Below, piece by piece: positions 10,850-19,800 of a DNA stretch of 27,787 nucleotides. Source of the stretch: a bacterium (GTDB lineage: Bacteria > DUMJ01); assembly GCA_049970495.1 (NCBI GenBank), contig JBMFMV010000019.1, positions 1 to 27,787 on the forward strand. Reading direction: 5' to 3'. Below the pieces are notes generated by a model that had not been told where the DNA came from, made no database searches, and saw nothing but the letters and a program-made list of their open reading frames with translations. The translations under genes and the position numbers were made by a program. How positions within the stretch are numbered: the stretch's first letter is position 1; every line of letters starts with the position of its first letter.

Positions 10850-10852
10850 ATA

Positions 10853-11116
10853 ATGGAAGTTCTAAAAGTGTCTGCTAAATCTAATCCTAAGTCTGTTGCA
10901 GGAGCTATCGCTGCTGTTATTAGAAATGGAGGAGGCGTTGAACTTCAATCCATTGGAGCAGGGGCTGTAAACCAGGCGGTAAAGGCAATTGCTATAGCTA
11001 GAGGATATCTAGCCCCTAATGGAATTAATTTAGTGATGTATCCTGCATTTACCAAGGTAGAAGTTGATGGAGAAGAGAGGACTGCTATAAAGTTTTCTAT
11101 TCAGGCAATAAAGTAG
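10853..11116 (+). CDS. spoVS: Stage V sporulation protein S family (Alba-like nucleic-acid-binding protein)
   Basis: MEVLKVSAKSNPKSVAGAIA, IGAGAVNQAVKAIAIARG, GEERTAIKF match the SpoVS consensus. Confidence 0.95.
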   Translation: MEVLKVSAKSNPKSVAGAIAAVIRNGGGVELQSIGAGAVNQAVKAIAIARGYLAPNGINLVMYPAFTKVEVDGEERTAIKFSIQAIK

Positions 11117-11117
11117 A

Positions 11118-12008
11118 ATGGGTTGGTTAGATAGACTAAGACAGGGCTTAGAAAAGACTAGGGCTTTAATAAAGAAGGGTTTTTCTAATATATCTGCAGG
11201 AGACTTAGAAGAGCTAGAGGTGGCTCTTCTAAGTGCTGATGTAGGACCTAAGACTACTGAGAGATTGATAGAAGAGCTTAAGACAAAGTGGAAGATGTAT
11301 CCAAATGAACGGTTATCAACTCTATTAAAAGGTAGTATTATCTCCCTCTTCCCCTCCTCCTCTAACATTATAGATAAATTCCTTAGTGGAAAGTGGGTAA
11401 TACTTGTTATAGGAGTAAATGGTAGTGGAAAGACCACAACTATAGGCAAGTTAGGAAAACTTCTTAAAGAAAGAGGAAAAGGTGTTATCTTTGTTGCAGG
11501 TGATACATTTAGGGCAGCTGCCATAGAGCAGTTAGAAGTCTGGGGAGAAAGGGTAGGAATACCAGTTATAAAACATAGAGAAGGTGCAGACCCTGGAGCT
11601 GTTGCCTTTGATGGTTTAAGATCTGCCAAAGCTAGGAATATAGATATAGTAATAGTAGATACAGCTGGAAGACTTCATACAAAGTATAACCTTATGGAAG
11701 AACTAAAGAAGGTAAAGAGAGTAATAGAGAGAGAAAAAGAGGATTATCAAATCTATACTCTTCTCGTCATAGATGCTACTATGGGGCAGAATGCTATAAA
11801 TCAGGCCAAGATGTTTAATGACGCTTTGACGGTAGATGGGATAGCAGTTACTAAGCTTGATGGCACTGCTAAAGGTGGAGTAGTAATAGGTATAGCTTCT
11901 GAACTTAAAATTCCTGTGGTATTAGTTGGAGTAGGAGAAGGAATTGATGATATGCAGAGTTTTAATAGTGAAGAATTTGCTAATGCTTTGTTCTGGGAGA
12001 TGAGTTAA
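11118..12008 (+). CDS. ftsY: SRP receptor FtsY (short, no acidic A-domain)
   Basis: N-terminal amphipathic WLDRLRQGLEKTR, GVNGSGKTTT, DTFRAAA, DTAGR, TKLDGTAKGG. Confidence 0.97.
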   Translation: MGWLDRLRQGLEKTRALIKKGFSNISAGDLEELEVALLSADVGPKTTERLIEELKTKWKMYPNERLSTLLKGSIISLFPSSSNIIDKFLSGKWVILVIGVNGSGKTTTIGKLGKLLKERGKGVIFVAGDTFRAAAIEQLEVWGERVGIPVIKHREGADPGAVAFDGLRSAKARNIDIVIVDTAGRLHTKYNLMEELKKVKRVIEREKEDYQIYTLLVIDATMGQNAINQAKMFNDALTVDGIAVTKLDGTAKGGVVIGIASELKIPVVLVGVGEGIDDMQSFNSEEFANALFWEMS

Positions 12009-12011
12009 GTC

Positions 12012-13319
12012 ATGTTTGAGGCTTTAACAGAAAAGATACAGAATGTCTTTGATAGAATTAGAAGACGTGGAAAACTTAGTGAAGCAGATATACAGGAAGT
12101 CCTAAGGGAAATAAGGATAACTCTTTTAGAGGCAGATGTAAACTATAAAGTAGTAAAGGATTTTTTAGAGAGAGTTAGAGAGAAAGCTCTTCAGGAGTCT
12201 GTATTAAAGAGTGTATCACCTAGCGAACAGATTTTAAAGATTATATACGAAGAACTTACCTCTTTACTTGGCGGAGAGGGAAGAGTTGAGAAGGGGCTCC
12301 CTTCAGTTATTATGCTGGTAGGACTTCAAGGTTCTGGGAAGACTACCACGGCTGGAAAGTTGGCTGTATACTATAAAAAAAGGCAAGGACGGCCCTTACT
12401 AGTGGCTTGTGATACTAGAAGACCTGCTGCTGTTCAACAGCTAGAAGTCATAGGGAATAGTGTAAATGTTCCTGTTTACAAGGAAAATACCGATCCAATA
12501 ACTATAGCAGAGAATGCAATAAAGTTTGCAAAAGAGAAAGTTTATATGCCTGTAATTTTAGATACATCAGGGAGGCTTCATATAGACGATGATCTGATGG
12601 ATGAACTGAGAAAGACTTATGAGAGGGTTAATCCTCAAGAGGTCTTTCTTGTGGTAGATGCTATGACAGGACAAGATGCAGTAAATATAGGAGAAGCATT
12701 TGCTAAAGTAGTCCCTCTTACTGGTATCATCCTTACAAAGATGGATGGAGATGCTAGGGGTGGTGCTGCTCTTTCTATGAGAGCAGTAACCGGTGTTCCG
12801 ATTGTATTTGTGGGTATAGGAGAGAAGTTTGATGCTATAGAGCCTTTTTATCCTGATAGGATAGCTAGTAGAATCCTCGGAATGGGTGATATAAAGACCT
12901 TAGTAGAAAAGGTCGAATCGGCAGTATCTAGAGAGAGGGCAGAGAAATCTCTAGAAAAGTTTACACTTAATGACTTTATGGAACAGCTTAAAGAGATAAG
13001 AAATATGGGGCCATTAGATCAGCTAATGAGTCTAATACCTGGGTTTTCCAAGTTAACTACTAAGATGCCTATATCAGTTGATGAAAGGAAGCTCAAAAGG
13101 ATTGAGGCTATTATAAGTTCTATGACTATAGAGGAGAGGGAGAATCCGCATATTATTAATGCTAGTAGAAAGAAGAGGATAGCTAGGGGAAGTGGGACTA
13201 CAGTGCAAGAAGTCAATCAACTACTCAAACAGTATGAGCAGATTAAGAGTATGATTAGGCAATTTTCTCAGTTAGAGAAGAAAGGGAAATTCTCATTGTT
13301 AGGAGGTAGATTATGGTAA
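12012..13319 (+). CDS. ffh: Signal recognition particle protein Ffh
   Basis: [35 protein letters not shown]-domain [20 protein letters not shown]. Confidence 0.98.
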   Translation: MFEALTEKIQNVFDRIRRRGKLSEADIQEVLREIRITLLEADVNYKVVKDFLERVREKALQESVLKSVSPSEQILKIIYEELTSLLGGEGRVEKGLPSVIMLVGLQGSGKTTTAGKLAVYYKKRQGRPLLVACDTRRPAAVQQLEVIGNSVNVPVYKENTDPITIAENAIKFAKEKVYMPVILDTSGRLHIDDDLMDELRKTYERVNPQEVFLVVDAMTGQDAVNIGEAFAKVVPLTGIILTKMDGDARGGAALSMRAVTGVPIVFVGIGEKFDAIEPFYPDRIASRILGMGDIKTLVEKVESAVSRERAEKSLEKFTLNDFMEQLKEIRNMGPLDQLMSLIPGFSKLTTKMPISVDERKLKRIEAIISSMTIEERENPHIINASRKKRIARGSGTTVQEVNQLLKQYEQIKSMIRQFSQLEKKGKFSLLGGRLW

Positions 13320-13570
13320 AGATAAGACTTAGAAGAATGGGTAAGCGTGGTAGACCAAGTTATAGAGTTGTAGTGGCAGATGTTCATAGCCCTAGAGATG
13401 GTAAATTTATAGACACTTTAGGATATTATGATCCAATCCCTAATCCTGCAGTTATAAACATAGATTTAGAGAAGGCTAAAGATTGGATAAAAAAAGGAGC
13501 TCAACCCACAGATACTGTTAGGCGTCTACTTATTCAGGCTGGTTTAGATTTTAATAGTTTGAATGGATAA
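13313..13570 (+). CDS. rpsP: 30S ribosomal protein S16
   Basis: [35 protein letters not shown]. Confidence 0.98.
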   Translation: MVKIRLRRMGKRGRPSYRVVVADVHSPRDGKFIDTLGYYDPIPNPAVINIDLEKAKDWIKKGAQPTDTVRRLLIQAGLDFNSLNG

Positions 13571-13580
13571 GGAGGAAGAG

Positions 13581-13826
13581 ATGGACGAACTTTACAATAC
13601 AGTAAAATTCCTTATAAGATGTCTAGTAGATGATGTTGATAAAGTTGATATAACCTCTGAGTCTAGCGGAAAGAAGATTAAGTTTATAGTAAGAGTCCCT
13701 GATAGTGAGATGGGGAAGGTGTTAGGACAGGGGGGGAAAACGATAAATGCTGTAAGGGCTGTTACTAGTACGTTAGCCCGTAAATATGGAAGGAATAAAG
13801 TCCAGATATTAGTAGAGTCGCTATAA
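13581..13826 (+). CDS. khpA: KH-domain RNA-binding protein KhpA (YlqC family)
   Basis: LVDD..V, MGKVLGQGGKTINAVR (GxxG loop); conserved position after rpsP; ATG 13581 follows SD AAGGAGG. Confidence 0.9.
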   Translation: MDELYNTVKFLIRCLVDDVDKVDITSESSGKKIKFIVRVPDSEMGKVLGQGGKTINAVRAVTSTLARKYGRNKVQILVESL

Positions 13827-13836
13827 GTTTTCTGTG

Positions 13837-14580
13837 ATGTCTCTATACATAGATATTGTTTCAATTTTCCCTGAGGCTTTTATAGGGCCTCTCAATTTTA
13901 GTATAGTAAAAAGAGCTCAACAGTTAGGACACATAGTAATAAACATATTTAATCCAAGAGATTTTACGGAAGACAGGTATAGGAAAGTCGATGATTATCC
14001 TTATGGTGGGGGTAGGGGTATGATCCTTAAGCCAGAACCGATATTTAGGGCTGTCGAGTATATAAAGGAAATTAGAGGGGGAGGAAAGACTATACTCCTT
14101 TCCCCTCAAGGTATCCCTCTTACTCAGCCTTTAGTAGAAGAGTTAAGTAGGGAGATGAATCTGATCCTTATATGTGGTCATTATGAAGGTGTAGATGAGA
14201 GAGTTGCCCTTTATCTAGCAGACCTAGAGATTTCTATAGGCGACTATGTCTTAAGTGGTGGAGAGGTGCCGGCAATGGTAATTGTAGATGCCATATCTAG
14301 GATGTTCCCCCAAGTTGTAGATAGTGAAGTGGTGGAGGAAGAATCTTTTTCTAAAGGTATCTTCGATTATCCTCAGTATACAAGGCCCTTTGATTTTAGA
14401 GGATATAAAGTTCCAGATGTTTTACTAAGTGGAAACCATAAAAAAATATATCTTTATAGGAGAAAAGAAGCCTTGAGAAAAACTCTTGAACGTAGACCAG
14501 ACCTTATCATTAGAGCTAAGTTAACAGAAATAGACTTAGAACTTTTACAAGAACTATTTGATGAGATAGCAAGGAGATAG
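13837..14580 (+). CDS. trmD: tRNA (guanine37-N1)-methyltransferase
   Basis: SIFPE, VDDYPYGGG.GM, LSPQG, CGHYEGVDER, SIGDYVLSGGE, YPQYTRP, VLLSGNH. Start ATG 13837 or GTG 13834. Confidence 0.98.
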   Translation: MSLYIDIVSIFPEAFIGPLNFSIVKRAQQLGHIVINIFNPRDFTEDRYRKVDDYPYGGGRGMILKPEPIFRAVEYIKEIRGGGKTILLSPQGIPLTQPLVEELSREMNLILICGHYEGVDERVALYLADLEISIGDYVLSGGEVPAMVIVDAISRMFPQVVDSEVVEEESFSKGIFDYPQYTRPFDFRGYKVPDVLLSGNHKKIYLYRRKEALRKTLERRPDLIIRAKLTEIDLELLQELFDEIARR

Positions 14581-14704
14581 ATTTATAACCTTTGGAGTCT
14601 CTGTATCCAGATGCGTTTTCCTGCTAAACCACTAGGGAATTTTCAATCCTGCCAAGTAGAAAAAATTTCTTCAATCTTTTCAACATATAAATCTCATATA
14701 AAAC

Positions 14705-14739
14705 CAAAGCCCCAAGAAGGGATTTCTCTTGGGGCTTTG
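14705..14739. terminator. Intrinsic terminator hairpin between converging trmD and lipoprotein genes
   Basis: Perfect 13-bp inverted repeat CAAAGCCCCAAGA (14705-14717) / TCTTGGGGCTTTG (14727-14739), 9-nt loop, T-rich tails on both strands; 6 nt beyond the lipoprotein stop. Confidence 0.88.
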
Positions 14740-14745
14740 TATTAT

Positions 14746-15270
14746 TTATTGCCTCACTAAATTAACCGTGCCAGAATCAATAGGGTTGGAGTCATTATCA
14801 ATATTCAAAGTATATGTACCAATTAGTTCACTAAGATCTCCTCCCCTACAGGCATAAATGTGTGGTAATGTAAATGTGAATGAATATGTGCTTCCAGGCG
14901 GAATTTTAAATAAAAAATTCCCACTAGATACAGTAATATCGCTTCCAGTATTATTAGTTCCACTTGCCTTTATAATAGCCCCCCACTCATCTGTTGAACT
15001 TTTATTAGAAACGATGTCGGCATTAAGTGTAACCCCATTAGGGTTATTAGTGTTGTATGTTACAGTTACTGTTCCTGAAAACTGATTGTTTTGGTCTTGA
15101 TTCAACGTTATAGTTACATCTGCAAAGTTAGGTATAGTTGGATTTGAAGCCCTACTCATGCTTCCTTTCCAAGTTCCACCGAGATTAGGTGGAGTTTGGT
15201 TTAGACATCCTCCAGCTGCTCCCACCGCAAATAAAAGAACTACTAGAAGAACTATAAACCTTTTGGCCAT
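14746..15270 (-). CDS. Hypothetical lipoprotein, beta-strand rich
   Basis: MAKR + hydrophobic core + AAGG-C lipobox-like site; SD GGAGGTG; own terminator; Thr/Asn/Ser/Gly-rich with alternating strands. Confidence 0.8.
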   Translation of the reverse strand: MAKRFIVLLVVLLFAVGAAGGCLNQTPPNLGGTWKGSMSRASNPTIPNFADVTITLNQDQNNQFSGTVTVTYNTNNPNGVTLNADIVSNKSSTDEWGAIIKASGTNNTGSDITVSSGNFLFKIPPGSTYSFTFTLPHIYACRGGDLSELIGTYTLNIDNDSNPIDSGTVNLVRQ

Positions 15271-15329
15271 AGACGGTTCACCTCCGTATAATTTATACCT
15301 TAAAGGATATCACAATTTATAAGAATTTA

Positions 15330-15884
15330 CTATAAGACCTTTATCACCTCCTCTAAGAAATAAAGAGGAGTTTTTCTTAAAAAAAGACCAATACTATATT
15401 CTTTCCTTATACTATCCCATATTACTGGTTCATATCTAGATAGCATACTTAATAAAAAGCATAAAATATAGCTAGCGGAGAGGGGCGGCAGTTGCGGATT
15501 TTCTATCTCAGAAATCCAAGGAATCATACTTATAAGTTCTTCTACAGTAAATTTGGTTCCAGGTTTGATCTTTGTCCCACTAATAATGCTGTGTAGTATA
15601 GGAAAAGTTCCATGTGCCTTTACAGTAACGGAGATACCTTCTTTTCTGGTTGTAAGGCCATGTAAGACCTCTTTAAACGGTTGTTTCTTTTTACAGATAA
15701 AAATAACTCTAGCTAGACTTACCATAAAGTAAAAAAGAAACAGAGGACTTGTCAATGTAGAGACATTTTCTATGGCTAGATAGTATTCCCTAGCCTGTTG
15801 TATATTTAGATTTACCTCCTCTTCTAGTATTCCCAGGTTATAGGATCTAATCCTTTCTAGCAGCTCATTCCATAACTCATCCAT
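15330..15884 (-). CDS. Compact YaaC-like protein
   Basis: QAREYY..., PLFLFY, HGLT, HGTF, ELISMIP and LLSMLSRYEP..W resemble YaaC family motifs; ATG 15884 overlaps the tsaD stop (track start 15911 is less likely). Confidence 0.7.
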   Translation of the reverse strand: MDELWNELLERIRSYNLGILEEEVNLNIQQAREYYLAIENVSTLTSPLFLFYFMVSLARVIFICKKKQPFKEVLHGLTTRKEGISVTVKAHGTFPILHSIISGTKIKPGTKFTVEELISMIPWISEIENPQLPPLSASYILCFLLSMLSRYEPVIWDSIRKEYSIGLFLRKTPLYFLEEVIKVL

Positions 15885-16860
15885 TTGGATAACCGCAGTA
15901 ACTTTCTGCATTTAGTGAGAGATCACTTCTATATCCTGCCAGATATCTATAATAAGTGGCACAGGCAATCATACTTGCATTGTCTGTACACATTGAGATG
16001 GAAGGGAAATAGACCTTTATATTATACTTAGATGCCTCTTCAAGAAATCTCTCTCTAAGCCTTTTATTAGCTGCTACCCCACCGGAGATTGCAAGTTTAT
16101 TTATCCTATAATCATTACATGCTCTTATAGACTTATCCACTAGTACATCCACAACTGCCTCTTGAAAACTGTAAGCTACCGATGGTAAATCTACCTCTTC
16201 TTTTAACAATTTGCTTACGGCGGTCTTTAATCCACTAAAACTAAAGTCGTATCCTTCCGGAATAGCTCTGGGAAGATTATACTCTATTTTGCCCAGTTTG
16301 GCGAATCTCTCTATAGCTGGACCTCCAGGATAGCCGATATCTAATAGCCTTGCCACCTTGTCAAATGCTTCTCCAGCTGCATCATCTCTTGTAGAGCCTA
16401 TAAGTTCATAAGAGAAGTACTTCCTTACTAATACTAAGTCTGTGTGTCCTCCAGATGCTACTAGGGCTATAAACGGAGGGAAAAGGTCCTTATGTTCAAG
16501 AATAGCTCCAAATATATGTCCCTCCATATGGTTTATGCCTATAAGTGGTTTGTTAAGAGAATATGCTAAGCCCTTTGCTGTCATAAGTCCTACTAATAAT
16601 GAGCCTACTAGACCAGGTCCATAAGTTACTCCTATTACATCTATGTCATCTTTCTCAATATCTGCTTCTTTTAATGCCAATTTTATCATAGGGACTATAT
16701 TTTCTAGATGTCTTCTGGAGGCAAGTTCAGGTACCACCCCACCAAAGCGCTTATGTATATCATGCTGAGAACTTACTAGATTTGATAATATCTTATGTCC
16801 ATCTTTTACTATAGCAACAGAAGTATCATCACATGACGTATCTATAGCCAGGATATACAC
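15877..16860 (-). CDS. tsaD: t6A tRNA threonylcarbamoyltransferase TsaD
   Basis: ILAIDTSCDDT, GGVVPELASRRH, GPGLVGSL, NHMEGH, SGGHT, DDAAGEAFDKVAR, FSFSGLKT, CTDNASMI; GTG start. Confidence 0.98.
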   Translation of the reverse strand: MYILAIDTSCDDTSVAIVKDGHKILSNLVSSQHDIHKRFGGVVPELASRRHLENIVPMIKLALKEADIEKDDIDVIGVTYGPGLVGSLLVGLMTAKGLAYSLNKPLIGINHMEGHIFGAILEHKDLFPPFIALVASGGHTDLVLVRKYFSYELIGSTRDDAAGEAFDKVARLLDIGYPGGPAIERFAKLGKIEYNLPRAIPEGYDFSFSGLKTAVSKLLKEEVDLPSVAYSFQEAVVDVLVDKSIRACNDYRINKLAISGGVAANKRLRERFLEEASKYNIKVYFPSISMCTDNASMIACATYYRYLAGYRSDLSLNAESYCGYPNG

Positions 16861-17314
16861 TGCTCCTTTTCCCCTTTAACACTAGTCTCATTATAATGGC
16901 ATCTTCATTATTGGGCTGGTAATATTTTCTCCTTATCCCCACTATTTCAAACCCTAAAGACCTATACAGATTTTGAGCAGGTATATTTGAAGCCCTAACT
17001 TCTAAAGATACCCACTCTACATCCTGTTCTTTAGCCTTTTCTATGAGATGCTCCATTATCTTTCTCCCTATCCCTTCTCTTCTTCTTTTAGGATCAACCG
17101 CTATTGTTGTTACATGACATTCCTCAAAAAGTATCCACATACCTCCATAGCCTAAGACCTTGTCATTTTCTACCGCTACTACATAGTAGCCATAAGGATT
17201 ACTTGCCAGTTCATTATAGAATGATTGAAAGCTCCATGGCATGGAAAAAGACATCTCTTCTATCTTCAAGACCTCTTTTAGATGTTTTATCGTCATCCGC
17301 TTAATCTCAATCAT
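16829..17314 (-). CDS. rimI: Ribosomal-protein-alanine N-acetyltransferase RimI (GNAT)
   Basis: IEEMSFSMPWS, HVTTIAV, RREGIG, LEVRASN..AQNLY..LGF, RRKYY..EDAIIM; between tsaB and tsaD. Confidence 0.95.
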   Translation of the reverse strand: MIEIKRMTIKHLKEVLKIEEMSFSMPWSFQSFYNELASNPYGYYVVAVENDKVLGYGGMWILFEECHVTTIAVDPKRRREGIGRKIMEHLIEKAKEQDVEWVSLEVRASNIPAQNLYRSLGFEIVGIRRKYYQPNNEDAIIMRLVLKGKRSSVYPGYRYVM

Positions 17315-17943
17315 ACTCCTTTAATCCTCTCTGCCTCTGAAGGCTCTATATATAGAGGAACTAATTTCTCTAAGATGTCTGGTTCTTTCTCCCTACCTGG
17401 TATTGTCAGAAGTGATGCTTTAGGAACTATAAATATCGGATCTTGGAACATACTGGCTATCTCTTTATAGTTTTGCTCTCTCACTATGGCTATTTTTTCA
17501 TTTATAACCAATTTAGGAAGTTCGTTTATTTCAGCAACATCTATCTTTTTACATATCCATCTATTATTTTCTGCGGTGTATATTGCATAATAAGCCTTAC
17601 TCATCCTATACCTCATAATAATAGATAATTTCCCACCCGGAGGAATATTATAAGCAAGGCTATCAAAGGTCGGAACACCTATAACAGGTATGGTACTAAA
17701 TAAAGCCATCCCTTTTACTAGAGAAAGTCCCACCCTTAAACCTGTAAAAGATCCAGGACCAATAGCAACAAAGATCCTTTCTATTCTCTCTCTAGTTATC
17801 TCTAGAGCCTTTTTTATCTCATTAGGAAGGAGTACGGAATGTAGTTTTAGAGAATATACGTTCTTTTCATATAGCGTTATATCATCTTTTACTAAAGCTA
17901 TAGATAAATAACTACTACTTGTATCAAGCGCTAGGTCTGCCAT
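17311..17943 (-). CDS. tsaB: t6A biosynthesis protein TsaB
   Basis: LALDTSS, HS..L, GPGSFTGLRVGL, PLYI.PSEAE; context. Confidence 0.95.
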   Translation of the reverse strand: MADLALDTSSSYLSIALVKDDITLYEKNVYSLKLHSVLLPNEIKKALEITRERIERIFVAIGPGSFTGLRVGLSLVKGMALFSTIPVIGVPTFDSLAYNIPPGGKLSIIMRYRMSKAYYAIYTAENNRWICKKIDVAEINELPKLVINEKIAIVREQNYKEIASMFQDPIFIVPKASLLTIPGREKEPDILEKLVPLYIEPSEAERIKGV

Positions 17944-18403
17944 CCCTTATCCTCTCTATAAGACTAGCATACCTTTCCCCTTTTGGAAGTATAACAATCT
18001 TCCTGGAATTTTCGTCAACTATGTCTATCTTTATTAGAATGTACTCTTTTAGGTCTATCCAGCTAGTTAGTTTTTCTCCCCATTCCACCACTGTAATAGA
18101 CGAATCATCATCAAGGTATTCTTCAATACCAAGACCCTCTATATTATTCAATCTATATAGATCAATATGATTCAGCGTAAGCCTCCCATTGTAAGACCTT
18201 ATTATTATAAAAGTTGGACTAACTATGGGTATACTTATACCTAAGCCCTTTGCTATACCTTTTACTAGCACAGTCTTTCCTGCCCCTAGCTCTCCTTGTA
18301 ATAGGAAGATTTCTCCTCCCTCACTTACTTCTCCTATTATTCTACCAAGGTCTTCTGTATCTGATACAGATTTAGAGTAAAATGTAATATATGCATTATC
18401 CAT
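17924..18403 (-). CDS. tsaE: t6A biosynthesis ATPase TsaE
   Basis: GELGAGKT P-loop, SPTF, HIDLYRL, VVEWGE. Confidence 0.97.
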   Translation of the reverse strand: MDNAYITFYSKSVSDTEDLGRIIGEVSEGGEIFLLQGELGAGKTVLVKGIAKGLGISIPIVSPTFIIIRSYNGRLTLNHIDLYRLNNIEGLGIEEYLDDDSSITVVEWGEKLTSWIDLKEYILIKIDIVDENSRKIVILPKGERYASLIERIRDGRPSA

Positions 18404-18419
18404 AAGAGATATTTTATCA
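18404..18419 (-). promoter_or_regulatory. Putative extended -10 promoter for tsaE operon (leaderless arrangement)
   Basis: Minus strand reads TGA-TAAAAT-atctctt-ATG; no SD upstream of the tsaE ATG. Confidence 0.5.
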
Positions 18420-18461
18420 TATAAACCCTATAAATGGATAACGAATTGGAGGAGTTTTGTT

Positions 18462-19688
18462 ATGGCAAAAAGGGTAGTAATTATAGGTGGTGGTCCTGCC
18501 GGTATGATGGCAGGAGGTACTGCAGGTAGTAGAGGTAAGGAAGTCTTAATTATAGAAAAGAATGATACTTTGGGTAAGAAACTACTTTTAACCGGAAAGG
18601 GAAGATGTAATTTTACTAATGATACCGATCTTCAAGGGCTTATAAAAAATATACCTGTAAATGGGAAATTTCTCTACAGTGCCTTCAATAAGTTCTCTAA
18701 TAGAGAGCTTATAAGATTCTTTAATAACTTGGGAGTTAGGACTAAGGTTGAAAGAGGGGGAAGAGTCTTCCCAGAATCTGATAAAGCAGAAGATATACTC
18801 AAAGCTCTAGAAAAGTATTTAAGTATTAATAAAGTAAAGATAATAAAAGGGGAAGTAAAGAAGGTAGTAAGGGAAAATGATAAAGTCTTAGGTGTTGTCC
18901 TTAGCGATGGTAGATTTATTCTTTCAGATAGTGTAGTAGTTGCTACAGGAGGATTATCTTATCCTAAGACAGGTTCTACAGGTGATGGTTATAGATTCGC
19001 TAAAGAGTTAGGTCATACTATAGTTTCTCCCAAACCCTCATTGGTACCTTTAGAGATAGAGGAACCTTGGGTTCGTAAACTTCAAGGATTAACATTAAAG
19101 AATGTCTCTATAAAGGTACTTGATCAGTCTAATAGAAAAGTATATGATGACTTAGGTGAGATGCTTTTTACCCATTTTGGTGTTTCAGGTCCTATAATAC
19201 TCTCGGCTAGTTCTCATATGAGAGATATTAACAAAAATAGATATAGAATCATAATTGATCTAAAGCCCGGTCTTTCAGAGGAGGAGTTAGATAGGAGGAT
19301 TCAGAGAGACTTTGAGAAATACTCTAGGAGATATTTTGTTAACTCTTTAGGAGAACTATTACCAAAGTCTTTGATCTTTGTTATAGTGGAATTATCTGGG
19401 ATCCCTAGAGACAAGTATGTAAATCAGATATCAAGAGAAGAGAGAAAGATTCTGGTAAAGTTACTTAAGAGTCTGAGTCTAACAGTCTCTAGATTTAGAC
19501 CTATAGAGGAGGCAATTGTCACCTCTGGTGGAGTTAATGTCGACGAGATTAATCCTTCGACTATGGAATCTAAAATAGTTAAGGGTCTATTTTTTGCTGG
19601 TGAAGTCATAGATGTAGATGGCTATACTGGAGGGTTCAATTTACAGATAGCATTTTCTACTGGCTATGTTGCTGGAGATAGCTGTTAG
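18462..19688 (+). CDS. HI0933/BaiN/YhiN family NAD(P)/FAD-dependent oxidoreductase (family includes the 23S rRNA dihydrouridine synthase RdsA)
   Basis: IIGGGPAGMMA, GKKLLLTGKGRCNFTN, GRVFP, ATGGLSYPKTGSTGDG, LFTHFGVSGP, VTSGGV, GYTGGFNLQIAFSTG. Confidence 0.93.
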   Translation: MAKRVVIIGGGPAGMMAGGTAGSRGKEVLIIEKNDTLGKKLLLTGKGRCNFTNDTDLQGLIKNIPVNGKFLYSAFNKFSNRELIRFFNNLGVRTKVERGGRVFPESDKAEDILKALEKYLSINKVKIIKGEVKKVVRENDKVLGVVLSDGRFILSDSVVVATGGLSYPKTGSTGDGYRFAKELGHTIVSPKPSLVPLEIEEPWVRKLQGLTLKNVSIKVLDQSNRKVYDDLGEMLFTHFGVSGPIILSASSHMRDINKNRYRIIIDLKPGLSEEELDRRIQRDFEKYSRRYFVNSLGELLPKSLIFVIVELSGIPRDKYVNQISREERKILVKLLKSLSLTVSRFRPIEEAIVTSGGVNVDEINPSTMESKIVKGLFFAGEVIDVDGYTGGFNLQIAFSTGYVAGDSC

Positions 19689-19736
19689 GCAAAGATTCTC
19701 CTGTAAAAATTACCCAACTAGTTTCATCCTCTTAAA

Positions 19737-19765
19737 TTGAACTTTTTGGAAATATAATCTATAAT
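19737..19765 (+). promoter_or_regulatory. Sigma70-type promoter of the Gfo/TIM/sulfatase-fold operon
   Basis: TTGAAC (19737-19742), 17-nt spacer, TATAAT (19760-19765); a second TATAAT lies in the spacer (19753-19758); SD AAGGAGG before ATG 19801. Confidence 0.75.
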
Positions 19766-19800
19766 TTTAAGAAATTACAGACTAAAAAGGAGGAGAAATT

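Noticed and set aside
10853..11116. spoVS as evidence of sporulation
   Set aside because: SpoVS occurs widely in non-sporulating bacteria, and no other sporulation gene is present in the window.
11030..11629. 199-aa minus-strand ORF
   Set aside because: Antisense shadow of ftsY/spoVS with no recognisable motif.
14581..14704. 124-bp spacer after trmD as ncRNA or gene remnant
   Set aside because: Only short stop-interrupted frames (for example YVEKIEEIFSTWQD*KFPSG on the minus strand); no recognisable RNA family or protein similarity by eye.
54..19609. Remaining 60-104 aa opposite-strand ORFs in the track
   Set aside because: All lie essentially within conserved housekeeping or otherwise supported genes on the other strand and show no family motifs.
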